From: a virus
Taxonomy: Duplodnaviria; Heunggongvirae; Uroviricota; Caudoviricetes
Virus record (IMG/VR): IMGVR_UViG_3300037504_000227
Coordinates: 75,201 to 110,716 of that record
DNA length: 35,516 nucleotides
Reading direction: 5' to 3' (one strand)
Both the position numbers and the translations under genes were made by a program. Shown piece by piece: positions 5,947-15,067 of this stretch. The notes beneath the pieces are model-generated. The model was not told the origin of the DNA. It saw nothing but the letters and a program-made list of their open reading frames with translations, and did no database searches. Numbering within the stretch: position 1 is the first letter of the stretch; the number at the start of each line of letters is the position of its first letter.

Positions 5947-7850
5947 AGCTTGCAAGCCCCTCCTGCACACGCAACAACTTGAGACGCCTTTGTCCAGTCT
6001 CCTTTTTCATAAGCGTACAACTTGGAGAAGTCAATCTCAGGGAATGCAGCAATGGCTTCCTCGTATTCTTCCTCAGTGATTTCCTCGTAGGGCATAATGT
6101 CGTAAGACGCATCGGACGCCGGCAAGAAAGCCATTCCCCCAATCTCGTTTTGATGCTCCCAAACCCACTCGATTAAGTCCAAGAGTTCATCTTGCTTGTA
6201 CGTGATTGTCACAGATGGATTGTGCTCTGTCCAGTTGCGCTTGACCTGTAACCAGTATTCGCACTGTTCAATTGCAGATTTGTCTTCTTTGAGAATTGCA
6301 CCATCTGGAGCCTTGACAGGGAAATGAACCCACCAATCTGTTCCATTATCCCTTGTCATTGGCACACCGGCATCTTTAAGTACTTTGAACATCGGAGTGG
6401 AAGAATTAACTTTAATGTTGCGCATATAGTATTGGGAGTGCCAAGGGTGAATGCCACTAGAGCACCCCAACAGAACACTTGAGTTTCCGCTTGGCTTAAC
6501 GACAGTTGTTGCTGTTGATTGCTTAATCCCTAACCTTTCGGCATACTCCTTGTTAACTTTAACTGCGTGCTTGCGAAGCTCCCTCTGGACATTCGGATCA
6601 CGGGAGACAAGTGAGTCCATTTGCCCAGCAAGGTCTACGCCTAACAATCTCTCTTTCTCACAACTGCGCTTCCACTCTGGCCTCAAGCCAGGGAAGTGCG
6701 TTGCCATAGATTGAATTGTGCCTATAATGGTAGCAAGCTCAACTTTCCGCTTCAGGGAGTGGAATGTGTCATCTGGGCGCGCCACAGCCATTGTTAAATT
6801 GCATAATCCGACCGGCTCTGAAATTACACTCTCGCCACAGGGATTTATGCCATAAACACCAAACTTTCTCCGTGCTGGCTTTGTGTTGTTCGCAGCGAAA
6901 CGCGAGAAGATCCCTGGCTCTCCATTCCCGCCTTTGTCCATATCCAGCATAAATCTGGCAATCTCTGCCTGACTCTGGTAAGGTGGTAGCACAACAGAAT
7001 TGTTGGCGTTGTAGCGGTATTTCTTCTTTCTGAGATCGCCGTTTTTGGCGTGGCGCATTACATCGTCGTCGTGGTCGAACAGGGAGATCATTGCGGTTCT
7101 GCGTACACCACCACACACAGATGCTTGCCCGATGGCACACATAATGTCGTGGGCGTCGATGGGGCGCAGACACTTCCCCTGACGCTCTAGGATCGTTTCT
7201 CTGACGAAATCCAGCATCCAACGTAGTGGATCAGGACCAGAGGCTCTACCGCCCTTAGTCATCAGCGGCGCGCCGGCAGGACGTATCTCAGAGTAGTCAA
7301 ATGACAAATCCTGCCCATTCATCCAGGCGATTAACCCCTGAGTCAACGCCTCCGCCCATCCCTCAGAAGAATCAGGGATAGTAAACGTGCCAAGATACAC
7401 ACCTGTTTGTCGCTTAACCCTAGGCAACCGTTCGACGTATCGCTTCTCGACAGAGAATCCAACGCCACATCCTGACATTGAAATGATTAGGGCCTCTATG
7501 AATGCGGCTAAGCAATCCACGACAAGATACGCACAGTTGTAAATACACAGGTTGTTTCGGCGTGCTGCCGGACCTGCCATTGCCAGTAAACGCAAAGAAG
7601 GCATCACTTCCATATTCAGGATGGCATCGTGGATCTCTCTGTAAACATTGCCATCCAACTTGCTCGCGGAGAGTTCTACCAGATACGCAACAGCGCGATC
7701 CACAGTCTCAGGCCACGTCTCGCGTCTCCCCTTGCCCCAGTCGTACCGACTGTACTTGTCGAAGAATTGGAATTGCTGGATAGCTGTTGGAAAGTATAAT
7801 GCTGATTTATCAAATGCTCGTCTAACGGGTTGGGGAACGCTAGAAGTCAA
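5943..7850 (-). CDS. nrdJ: Class II (B12-dependent, monomeric RTPR-like) ribonucleotide reductase
   Basis: RRETW.E.V.R, MPS.R, NCAY, GCGVGFSV, catalytic NPCGE and LCNL, KPSG, C-terminal CAGGAC. Confidence 0.93.
   Translation of the reverse strand: MTSSVPQPVRRAFDKSALYFPTAIQQFQFFDKYSRYDWGKGRRETWPETVDRAVAYLVELSASKLDGNVYREIHDAILNMEVMPSLRLLAMAGPAARRNNLCIYNCAYLVVDCLAAFIEALIISMSGCGVGFSVEKRYVERLPRVKRQTGVYLGTFTIPDSSEGWAEALTQGLIAWMNGQDLSFDYSEIRPAGAPLMTKGGRASGPDPLRWMLDFVRETILERQGKCLRPIDAHDIMCAIGQASVCGGVRRTAMISLFDHDDDVMRHAKNGDLRKKKYRYNANNSVVLPPYQSQAEIARFMLDMDKGGNGEPGIFSRFAANNTKPARRKFGVYGINPCGESVISEPVGLCNLTMAVARPDDTFHSLKRKVELATIIGTIQSMATHFPGLRPEWKRSCEKERLLGVDLAGQMDSLVSRDPNVQRELRKHAVKVNKEYAERLGIKQSTATTVVKPSGNSSVLLGCSSGIHPWHSQYYMRNIKVNSSTPMFKVLKDAGVPMTRDNGTDWWVHFPVKAPDGAILKEDKSAIEQCEYWLQVKRNWTEHNPSVTITYKQDELLDLIEWVWEHQNEIGGMAFLPASDASYDIMPYEEITEEEYEEAIAAFPEIDFSKLYAYEKGDWTKASQVVACAGGACKL
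6406..6415. repeat. Dispersed motif TTAACTTTAA, copy inside nrdJ
   Basis: Exact copy. Confidence 0.8.
6553..6562. repeat. Dispersed motif TTAACTTTAA, copy inside nrdJ
   Basis: Exact copy. Confidence 0.8.
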
Positions 7851-8034
7851 CTCGCACGCCCCTTTCGTTTACCTTGATAATATCGTATCCTACAACCCGT
7901 TCACCGTCATAAATCCACCTAACTTCTTCGCCCTCTTCCAACACAACAGAAATCGGACCGCTTGAAGCCCGATCTTCCCACCTTGCAGACTGTGGGGCGA
8001 ACACTTCTCTTTGTCCATCACTCAATTTGGCCAT
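7840..8034 (-). CDS. Hypothetical protein
   Basis: 64-aa ORF overlapping both neighbours in the operon. Confidence 0.6.
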   Translation of the reverse strand: MAKLSDGQREVFAPQSARWEDRASSGPISVVLEEGEEVRWIYDGERVVGYDIIKVNERGVRVDF

Positions 8035-8209
8035 CGTTTATCATCCTCATAGTCCATTTCTCAGGTAGGGGAAGCTTCTCTGCACTCGACACACGCTTCA
8101 CCTTAACAGGCTGCTTGCCGTGGAGTATGACAACGTATTCCCCATACCCACTTGTTCTTTCAAAGAATCGAATCAACTCCATATACCGTTCGACAGTCTC
8201 CTTGTCCAT
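8018..8209 (-). CDS. Hypothetical protein
   Basis: TAATG coupling with the upstream stop; SD GGGGG. Confidence 0.6.
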   Translation of the reverse strand: MDKETVERYMELIRFFERTSGYGEYVVILHGKQPVKVKRVSSAEKLPLPEKWTMRMINDGQIE

Positions 8210-9588
8210 TATCCCCCCCAATTCCACTCAGGCATATCATTCCTGAGCGCATCAACGTAACTTTCACCGACCATCATCTTGCCATCATAAATCGCCGTTG
8301 CGCTGTCGTAGTCAATATGAATGCAGAACACCTGTTCTCTCTCATCTGTGTATTGAATCTCGCCAAATGACTGACGCCACTGACGCTCTCCGTTGTTTCC
8401 AGGCACTCTGTCATCCAGGTGACACAAACACCCTATCGTATATGAATAGACTGTCACTGTGCTATCTCGATAGTGCAGGGTCTTTGGCGTTTTCTCATCA
8501 CGGTGAACATGCCCATTTACCTCAGAGACACAAGCATCCTTCACAACAGCCTTGGCTGTATTGCCTGGAACACGAGCAGTATTGCCGTGCCGTATCCTGA
8601 ATCCATCCGTGAGCCAGTAGGTAGATTTACCATCGTCGTATCCACCAATCCACCTGATCCCTAATGACTCCAGATCCAACAGGTGGGGGATTGACATCGA
8701 CGGGAATACATCGCCAATGGCCGTGATCTCATACGCCGCCTCGAAGTTGTCCAGGATTAGACGCATCAGGCGGGACTCGTGGTTACCCTCAAGGAATATA
8801 ATCTCTGCCTCTGGTTGCAACATCCTGATCTTGGCAAGAATCCAGTGCATTTCTTGCAGGGCAGGCTGCGTCGTTCCTCTAAACTCAGGCGTCTTGCGGA
8901 AGTGATTTGTCCACTCTGTCCCGTCCAGTAAATCACCGTTCAAAACAATCACGTCGAACGTTTGTTCTTGCAAAACCTGGAAGATAATGTCAATCGCACG
9001 CCGGTCGTGGAACGGAGTTAGCATCGCATCCCTAGATCGCTTCAGGAACCCAACGTGTAAGTCGTTAATAACAAGGCATCGTTTGACACCACTGGTTACA
9101 TCACGCTTTGGATACCCAAATGTTACACTAGACCGTATAGGTTGAACTGTTGGGAAAATCGCCTCTGGCTCTCTGCGCACGAAGCGACACTTCACCTGAT
9201 AGTTCTGGATCTGCATCCACCCGTCATTGGTCTTGTTCTTCGCAGGCGTGGTCCAGGCATTGTACAGAGGCTTCATCGCAACCCAAACGTCTGTGTCGAT
9301 CTCGCACGCCTCGATCAGTTGCGGAAGTCTTTTGATGGCAGTTGACTTGCTCGTAACCACCATCTCATTTTGGCTAAGCTCCCTGACTGTGACTTGTTCC
9401 TGTTCTGCAAACTCTCCGCTTGCCTTGGCTGCTGCGTAGTATGCCCTACAGTTTCTCTCGCTGCGATTCACTTCATCGGAGATTTGTTCCCAAGTGAGGT
9501 CCAGATCCTCATTGTCCCTAAGAATCACCACTTGACGGGCGATCTCTTTGGTTTCGTACTGCATCGTGTCCCAGTTGTACTTAGCCAA
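8209..9588 (-). CDS. Calcineurin-like metallophosphoesterase with an N-terminal HTH-like region
   Basis: NDLHVG, NGDLLD, EGNHE, IRHG, GHVH motifs; SD GGAGG and TTG start. Confidence 0.87.
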   Translation of the reverse strand: MAKYNWDTMQYETKEIARQVVILRDNEDLDLTWEQISDEVNRSERNCRAYYAAAKASGEFAEQEQVTVRELSQNEMVVTSKSTAIKRLPQLIEACEIDTDVWVAMKPLYNAWTTPAKNKTNDGWMQIQNYQVKCRFVRREPEAIFPTVQPIRSSVTFGYPKRDVTSGVKRCLVINDLHVGFLKRSRDAMLTPFHDRRAIDIIFQVLQEQTFDVIVLNGDLLDGTEWTNHFRKTPEFRGTTQPALQEMHWILAKIRMLQPEAEIIFLEGNHESRLMRLILDNFEAAYEITAIGDVFPSMSIPHLLDLESLGIRWIGGYDDGKSTYWLTDGFRIRHGNTARVPGNTAKAVVKDACVSEVNGHVHRDEKTPKTLHYRDSTVTVYSYTIGCLCHLDDRVPGNNGERQWRQSFGEIQYTDEREQVFCIHIDYDSATAIYDGKMMVGESYVDALRNDMPEWNWGG

Positions 9589-10078
9589 AATAGCCTCCTA
9601 TTTCAGACCAGTCGTTGACTCTAGGTGAATAGTCGCCTTGATTATATGTCCAGTTAAAAAGAATGCAAGGCATGTGGCGAGCCAAGCGCCTTGCAGTCCA
9701 GAGGTTATCTTCGATAAACAATTCTAGCCCAAGAAGCAATGCTACAGCAACCTTGTCGTTACTGTGGATTACGTCAACTTCGGGGAACCTGTTCCTGCGA
9801 AGCCACTGGATCGTGTTTGGTGCTGTGTGCTTTGGGCGTGCCGTGATGAATACAAGATCGTGCTCCGAGCTTAACTTTAGTGTCGTCTCAGCAGCTCCAG
9901 GGAGAGGCAGAAGATTGTCGTAGGTGCCCGGCGAGTCCACGAAGTCCCATACCTCTCGCTTCCTGTCGGGGAACATTTGTTCTAGGGAGTAAGCATTGGA
10001 TACAGGTGTGCCAAACCGTTCTATGACTGCGGGGAAAAACGACGCGCAAACGCCGTCGATGTCTATTCCAACTTTCAT
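9581..10078 (-). CDS. 5'(3')-deoxyribonucleotidase (NT5C-like HAD)
   Basis: GIDIDGV motif I, ITAR motif II, K and IEDN motifs III/IV. Confidence 0.87.
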   Translation of the reverse strand: MKVGIDIDGVCASFFPAVIERFGTPVSNAYSLEQMFPDRKREVWDFVDSPGTYDNLLPLPGAAETTLKLSSEHDLVFITARPKHTAPNTIQWLRRNRFPEVDVIHSNDKVAVALLLGLELFIEDNLWTARRLARHMPCILFNWTYNQGDYSPRVNDWSEIGGYFG

Positions 10079-11250
10079 TTGACAGACTCTATAATTTTTT
10101 GATACATCAATGGAGGAACAGCATTGCCTATTATTTTACAAGCCAAAGTCTTTGTTTCTGGCAACATATAGCTATCTGTGAAGCTCTGGAAGCGTGCGAG
10201 TGCGCGGGGCGTCATTTTGACGACGCGGCCTAGCATTACAGACCGATAAACATTACCACCAGAACTGGTCGTGACCGTCATGCTCGGAGCATGACTGTGA
10301 CGGCACTGAAGATCCCTGTTGCCTCCAGCACGCCCCTCTGCCAAAAATGCCCTCGGAGCATTGCCAGCTCGTTTGGTGTCTCCCACAGTACGCATCGGCA
10401 TCCCATCCTTTCGGATACCAAAGCCAGAAGCGTTCCCATCGGGGACAATGAAGCCGCGAAAGTCACTTGTGCTTACCTGTGATTGTATTGTCCACACTGG
10501 CTCTTTTGCCTGGCGTTGGGTTATAGGCTGTGGTTTGTATTCACCATCGAAAAAACGTCGGCTGTTTTTGGCGTCAAACAGTGAGGTTTTCAATTCATCC
10601 GGCAACCGCTCCAACTGCCACGGTGCAAACTCAGAATCTGGCAGCGTCGGTATCAAGCCCTCAATCGCCTCGTACCAGCCAACCCACGGCTCGCGCTCGT
10701 CAAACATTGGAGCGATCTCGCCCCTCGGTCCGTGAGTGGGCATTGGTCGCTCTGGAAACTCTCCATCCTTTCTCGCAATCACGATCATTCTTTTGCGGGT
10801 TTGTGGCACACCATAATCTGCTGAATTCAAATGCCAATACTCAAACTTGTACCCCAGATCCAGCAAAGCACTCCCTATCGCATGCCAACTTTGGGATTTC
10901 CTGTACAAATAAACATTCTCAAGAGTGAACACCTTCGGCTTTAGTGCTCTCAAGAACTTGGCAGTTGCCAATGCTAAAGCAACATCCTCATCTGTTTCTT
11001 TCCCGTTTGCCTTTGCTACAGAGAAGTTTGGACACGGAGGACTAGCATGAAGAACGTCAGGAGGTTCAAAGTCGTGAGGGTTTACTTTGGTGACATCTGC
11101 TGTGATGACATTAAACCCATTGATTCTTGCCCAATTTGCAATGTCATCTTCCCACTCAATGCCCCACAGGTGCTTGAGGCCAGCAGCCCGTGCGCCACAG
11201 CCAACACCTTCACCACCAGAGAACAACGTGGATATAGTCTCTAATCTCAT
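10075..11250 (-). CDS. DNA cytosine-5 methyltransferase
   Basis: LFSGG.G (I), SPPC (IV), ENV (VI), Q.RKR (VIII), RFQSF (IX), IGNAVPP (X). Confidence 0.95.
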   Translation of the reverse strand: MRLETISTLFSGGEGVGCGARAAGLKHLWGIEWEDDIANWARINGFNVITADVTKVNPHDFEPPDVLHASPPCPNFSVAKANGKETDEDVALALATAKFLRALKPKVFTLENVYLYRKSQSWHAIGSALLDLGYKFEYWHLNSADYGVPQTRKRMIVIARKDGEFPERPMPTHGPRGEIAPMFDEREPWVGWYEAIEGLIPTLPDSEFAPWQLERLPDELKTSLFDAKNSRRFFDGEYKPQPITQRQAKEPVWTIQSQVSTSDFRGFIVPDGNASGFGIRKDGMPMRTVGDTKRAGNAPRAFLAEGRAGGNRDLQCRHSHAPSMTVTTSSGGNVYRSVMLGRVVKMTPRALARFQSFTDSYMLPETKTLACKIIGNAVPPLMYQKIIESVK

Positions 11251-11256
11251 AGAGGC

Positions 11257-11265
11257 ATTATACCA
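11257..11265 (-). promoter_or_regulatory. Extended -10 promoter (TGGTATAAT) for a leaderless C5-methylase mRNA
   Basis: TG-N-TATAAT lies 6 nt upstream of ATG 11250, with no SD. Confidence 0.65.
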
Positions 11266-11361
11266 CAAAAATCAAAAAAGCGAACTTAAAACTATCTTAG
11301 GAAGCTACCACCAGTGCCACAGTCAAAACCAGCCAAATCACGAATATCCCAAGTGCGTGAT

Positions 11362-14300
11362 TTATCCAGTGTATGGACCTCGGAGGATCCTCCCGTTGCT
11401 TCTCTTCCTCACCTTGTTGCACCTGCACGCACTCAGACATATACGCTCTCCTATTGGCTTCAACACACCGACTGGCACCCAGCCCATCTCTGCATCGCCC
11501 TCACACTCATCACACACTCTACCATCGCCTTGTGTGACAAGCTTTTCCTGAACAACGTCGTTCGGCAACGTTGCTGGGATTGCATCGTTCTGATACAGCT
11601 TGTAAATCTCACCTGAGTACATCGACACGCGATATTTCAGGGAGCGAAGCGACGCACCCACAACATCCTTGAGAACATCTAGTGGGGCTTGTGTATTCTC
11701 ATTCATAGCAACGCCAATCTTGCGTCGAATATCTGGCACAAGCTTTTCTTCGATGTACATATAGGCTCGGTTCAGATTGCGCGAGATCTTATCTAATGCC
11801 TGACGATCTGGCTCTCTACCTGTGGTCAAGGTCCAAACAAGGAATGCCGCCTCTCTCAATCGCATCCTCATTCTCTCAGAGAGCATCATCAGCATTTCTT
11901 CTACAAGTTCAGCATTGTCCTCAAGCAACCCCTGCTTTAGCTGTTCTAGCAAGAATTGAATAGATTGGTCATAATCTGCCATCAACGCTTGACCAAGTTT
12001 ATCCACCAATTCAATCGCTTGATCGTATGTTAGAGGGAACTCATACGGAACGTCTGCAAAGTTAACTTCCTCTGAGTCCTCAGATGGATTAGCCCAATCA
12101 TAACATGACCAGAAGCCTGCTGCAAATGGATCTTTCTTCGTGCTACAACTGTGGCGCGACAGGAAGTTCTTGCGAGCCTCTTTGTTGGTCCTGCGCATTG
12201 GCATATCTGGATCGGCGTAGTGAACCAGCCTTTCCTTATCCTTGTACTTGACTGTGCGCATCCACGCTTTGTCGTCTCGGCTTGAGGATCTGCGACGTGT
12301 GGCACGGCACGTCACACCGTTGTAGGTATACCTGTAGAATTTAGCGTCGCCAAACTCCTCTTCTTTGGGAGGCTCAATCGGCTCTTTGTCAGATTCGACA
12401 GGCTGATTTGCTTTCAGCAGAAGCCCAGGCTCTTGAATCTCAGGAAGCCCAATGCGACGGCGTGTTGCCTGCTCTGTCTCTAGGTCGTATGTGATCCCAC
12501 CAGCGTCCAACAAGCGCGCCACGATGTTTGCATACCCCTCAACGTCCAGCTTCGCAATCGGAACGAAGTGAATCTCAGGCATTGCTCCCTCGTGCCCGTT
12601 CAGCTTCATTAACCTTGGTATGCCGTGACGATTGATAACCGAAGCAACTTGCTGTAAGAATCCGTTAACTGCCTTAATGAACAAGGCTGACTTGTCCGCG
12701 TGCATCGCCCAAGATCCCTGATCCCCACCACCAAGCATCAGGAAGTCAGCCATAATTGTGCGCGCCATGTCGCGCTGGTGACGTGTGATCGTTTCTCCTG
12801 GACTGATTGGCGGTGAACCCTTTGGCATTTCGTAGCGGAAGCTCCAACCAAACGGCTCAGTTAGCCCCATGTCGTCGCCCAGCTTGATGTTACGCACAAT
12901 CTTCTTTGCGCGAGACAGATCAGATGTGGAATCACTGTCTGTAGTCGCCCCATCAGGCATACCCATCACAGGCGTTCCGGACATGCGCTCAATAACGATT
13001 GCCTCTTCAATCTTTAGGTTTTTAGCAAAGAACCAAGAGGTGTACGCGCCTTCGAAAATCGAGTTGTGCGTCGGTATCATTCCCTCTCCAGCAAGGAACA
13101 AATGACTTGGCCCATCTGTTTGTATACACACCGTTCTGCGTGGAGGAACCCTTTCTACTTTTGTAATATAATGATTTGTTCTTGCCCGCACGTCTTTGCA
13201 CCGCTCTATCTTTCTTGACAGTTTGAATGGAACAAAGTTGTGCGGAGTAAACTTGACTTTATATGTTATTTGACATCCGTCTCGCTCTTTTGTTGTTATT
13301 CTGGCATCGCCGCCGAGAGAGCGTATTAGTTCTGCGGCACCATATGCAAGATTCCTGTTTGTATTTGTGAATTCGCATCTGCCCCATCTGTCAACTGTTC
13401 CATCGCTGTCCATTAAGCCCTGTAGCAATTCGAGTCTTTGTTTGCGAGACGACATCAAGTATCGTCTTGGAATATGCTTGTTGTTTAACACGCCGATTGC
13501 ATTTAATTTCCAGGACACCTTGTATATTCTTATCATCCTGCCCTTGCCGCCCCGCAGGCCGTTTCTTGACACCCTTGTATCATACCCGTATGATTCAAAT
13601 ATAGCAACTGTCTCTGGAACATCTTGAACGTGAGATGTAACTATCCCACCATTGGAATGCCCGTCGCCAAGCCATTGGCCAAGCAGATATGGCTCAACTA
13701 CAAGTTCCATGTGAGGATAGTCAAGCGACTCTGCCCACGGTATGGCGTGGTTGTTTATGTAATATTGCTTGCCATTCTTTTTGCCGTGTGGCTTCTTGAC
13801 CGTCTTGGCGATTTGCTTTGTTGTTCTAACCCTGCCCCTTTTGTGATATGCTCTTTCGCGAGCATTCTCGGTATACCACTTGTGGCTTTCGTCAGCAATT
13901 ATTTCTACGCCAGTGTCAAAGGTTACTTTGTAGCAAGGTCTGTTTTCCCAATCCTTGCGACCAATAACATATCTTATTCTGCCCTTCTCATCAAACACTT
14001 TATTTCCCGGACGCAGATCGTCTATTTTTCTCCATCCATCTGGCGTAACGATGGGCGTGTTTGGGTCAAGAGCCCTTCCTTCAGGAGAATTCTTGCCGGC
14101 ACCAGTTGTGGTGAAGTGCAACATCTTCTCGATTGGGATATACGGCGGTCCCATTTTACGAGAGGAGTTGCTGATCTGAACCATTCCCTGAAGCCCACCA
14201 TTTTCGTCCAGATCCCAATGGAGTAGTGTGGTTGGGTGACGGGGTGCCCACTTGCGCCAGTAGATTCGTCCGTCGTCCCGGCGCTCATAGACCAACTCAA

Positions 14301-14649
14301 CATCGAAGAACCCATAGGCAAGGAAGTACACAATGTCACTCATTGTCTCAGAGAACGATTTAGTCATTGTCGTCAGATTCTCTTTGACAAACTGCGCCTG
14401 CTCTACATCAGCGTCATCATCTGAGGCAGGCAGAATATCCCACTCAGCCTCTCGCATGAACATGGTCGAAACCATCATCATCGCAGACCCGGTAGGGTCA
14501 AGCCTTGAGATCTCGTCCCAGATCTTAATGCGCTTCTCGTTGGTCAGTAGATCTGTAACCCACTGCTCTTTGACATAGCCTGAATACTCGTCAAGACCAG
14601 TGACGCCGATCTCACTCATCAGACGTGATTCTATCTTGTTATCTGCCAT
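11362..14649 (-). CDS. Portal protein (Mu gp29/DUF935-like) with intein, fused to a small Cys/His domain and a MuF-like head domain
   Basis: Downstream of terL; YGFFDVELVY, IP.EK.LH, N.PEGR|SIF..AY motifs; C-terminal CDEC...GW.P...C...CRC. Confidence 0.85.
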   Translation of the reverse strand: MADNKIESRLMSEIGVTGLDEYSGYVKEQWVTDLLTNEKRIKIWDEISRLDPTGSAMMMVSTMFMREAEWDILPASDDDADVEQAQFVKENLTTMTKSFSETMSDIVYFLAYGFFDVELVYERRDDGRIYWRKWAPRHPTTLLHWDLDENGGLQGMVQISNSSRKMGPPYIPIEKMLHFTTTGAGKNSPEGRALDPNTPIVTPDGWRKIDDLRPGNKVFDEKGRIRYVIGRKDWENRPCYKVTFDTGVEIIADESHKWYTENARERAYHKRGRVRTTKQIAKTVKKPHGKKNGKQYYINNHAIPWAESLDYPHMELVVEPYLLGQWLGDGHSNGGIVTSHVQDVPETVAIFESYGYDTRVSRNGLRGGKGRMIRIYKVSWKLNAIGVLNNKHIPRRYLMSSRKQRLELLQGLMDSDGTVDRWGRCEFTNTNRNLAYGAAELIRSLGGDARITTKERDGCQITYKVKFTPHNFVPFKLSRKIERCKDVRARTNHYITKVERVPPRRTVCIQTDGPSHLFLAGEGMIPTHNSIFEGAYTSWFFAKNLKIEEAIVIERMSGTPVMGMPDGATTDSDSTSDLSRAKKIVRNIKLGDDMGLTEPFGWSFRYEMPKGSPPISPGETITRHQRDMARTIMADFLMLGGGDQGSWAMHADKSALFIKAVNGFLQQVASVINRHGIPRLMKLNGHEGAMPEIHFVPIAKLDVEGYANIVARLLDAGGITYDLETEQATRRRIGLPEIQEPGLLLKANQPVESDKEPIEPPKEEEFGDAKFYRYTYNGVTCRATRRRSSSRDDKAWMRTVKYKDKERLVHYADPDMPMRRTNKEARKNFLSRHSCSTKKDPFAAGFWSCYDWANPSEDSEEVNFADVPYEFPLTYDQAIELVDKLGQALMADYDQSIQFLLEQLKQGLLEDNAELVEEMLMMLSERMRMRLREAAFLVWTLTTGREPDRQALDKISRNLNRAYMYIEEKLVPDIRRKIGVAMNENTQAPLDVLKDVVGASLRSLKYRVSMYSGEIYKLYQNDAIPATLPNDVVQEKLVTQGDGRVCDECEGDAEMGWVPVGVLKPIGERICLSACRCNKVRKRSNGRILRGPYTG
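13063..14073 (-). mobile_element. Class-3 (Ala1, WCT) intein with LAGLIDADG homing endonuclease, 337 aa
   Basis: Starts ALDPNTPIVTPDGW, ends IPTHN before Ser+1; block B ADESHKW, block F TVCIQT, block G THN; endonuclease motifs LGQWLGDG and LQGLMDSDG. Confidence 0.93.
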
Positions 14650-14673
14650 ACAACCCCCAGATAGGCGCAAATA

Positions 14674-14693
14674 CCCCTTGCGTCAGCAAGAGG
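14674..14693 (-). other. 8-bp hairpin in the portal upstream region
   Basis: CCTCTTGC-TGAC-GCAAGGGG on the minus strand, between the repeat motif and the portal SD; possible weak terminator or processing site. Confidence 0.35.
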
Positions 14694-14704
14694 CACTTGC
14701 GAGG

Positions 14705-14714
14705 TTAAAGTTAA
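14705..14714. repeat. Dispersed motif (TTAAAGTTAA on +), upstream of portal
   Basis: Exact copy just after the stop of 14717-15058. Confidence 0.8.
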
Positions 14715-14716
14715 TG

Positions 14717-15058
14717 CTACTCTTCGAGCGTGAATAGATGTGCGGCATGCGAGCTTGAGAACGAAATACCCAATAGCCAAACGCCAAGGTTAAGCCATTG
14801 TTCAAGCCCAGCAGGGAACGTCGCCCAGCCCAGTCCAACGCCAACGCTATACATCGCAAAGCTGGCAATCAAGCCAATTACATAGGCCAAAATCCGCATC
14901 ACCTGACGTGAGTTGAAGGCAAAGATCTGTGCCTGAACGTTGGTCAGCCAAGCAGCAATATTCTTGCCAATTGGCTTCTCAAGCAACCAGAACGCCACCA
15001 ATCCACCGCCGCCGCTCGTTAGAAACGGCCAAAGCAATCCCTTGAACAGTCCTTCCAT
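14717..15058 (-). CDS. Small multi-pass membrane protein (holin-like)
   Basis: 113 aa with about 3 hydrophobic segments; SD GGAGG. Confidence 0.6.
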   Translation of the reverse strand: MEGLFKGLLWPFLTSGGGGLVAFWLLEKPIGKNIAAWLTNVQAQIFAFNSRQVMRILAYVIGLIASFAMYSVGVGLGWATFPAGLEQWLNLGVWLLGISFSSSHAAHLFTLEE

Positions 15059-15067
15059 TATAGCCTC

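Noticed and set aside
7773-7800. Antisense promoter TTGCTG-16-TATAAT inside nrdJ
   Set aside because: Weak -35, short spacer, explainable by coding sequence, and no supporting downstream feature.
13624-14226. 200-aa plus-strand ORF
   Set aside because: Antisense shadow of the portal/intein frame with no motifs. The same applies to 19549-20121, 31487-32077, 6769-7221 and similar track ORFs.
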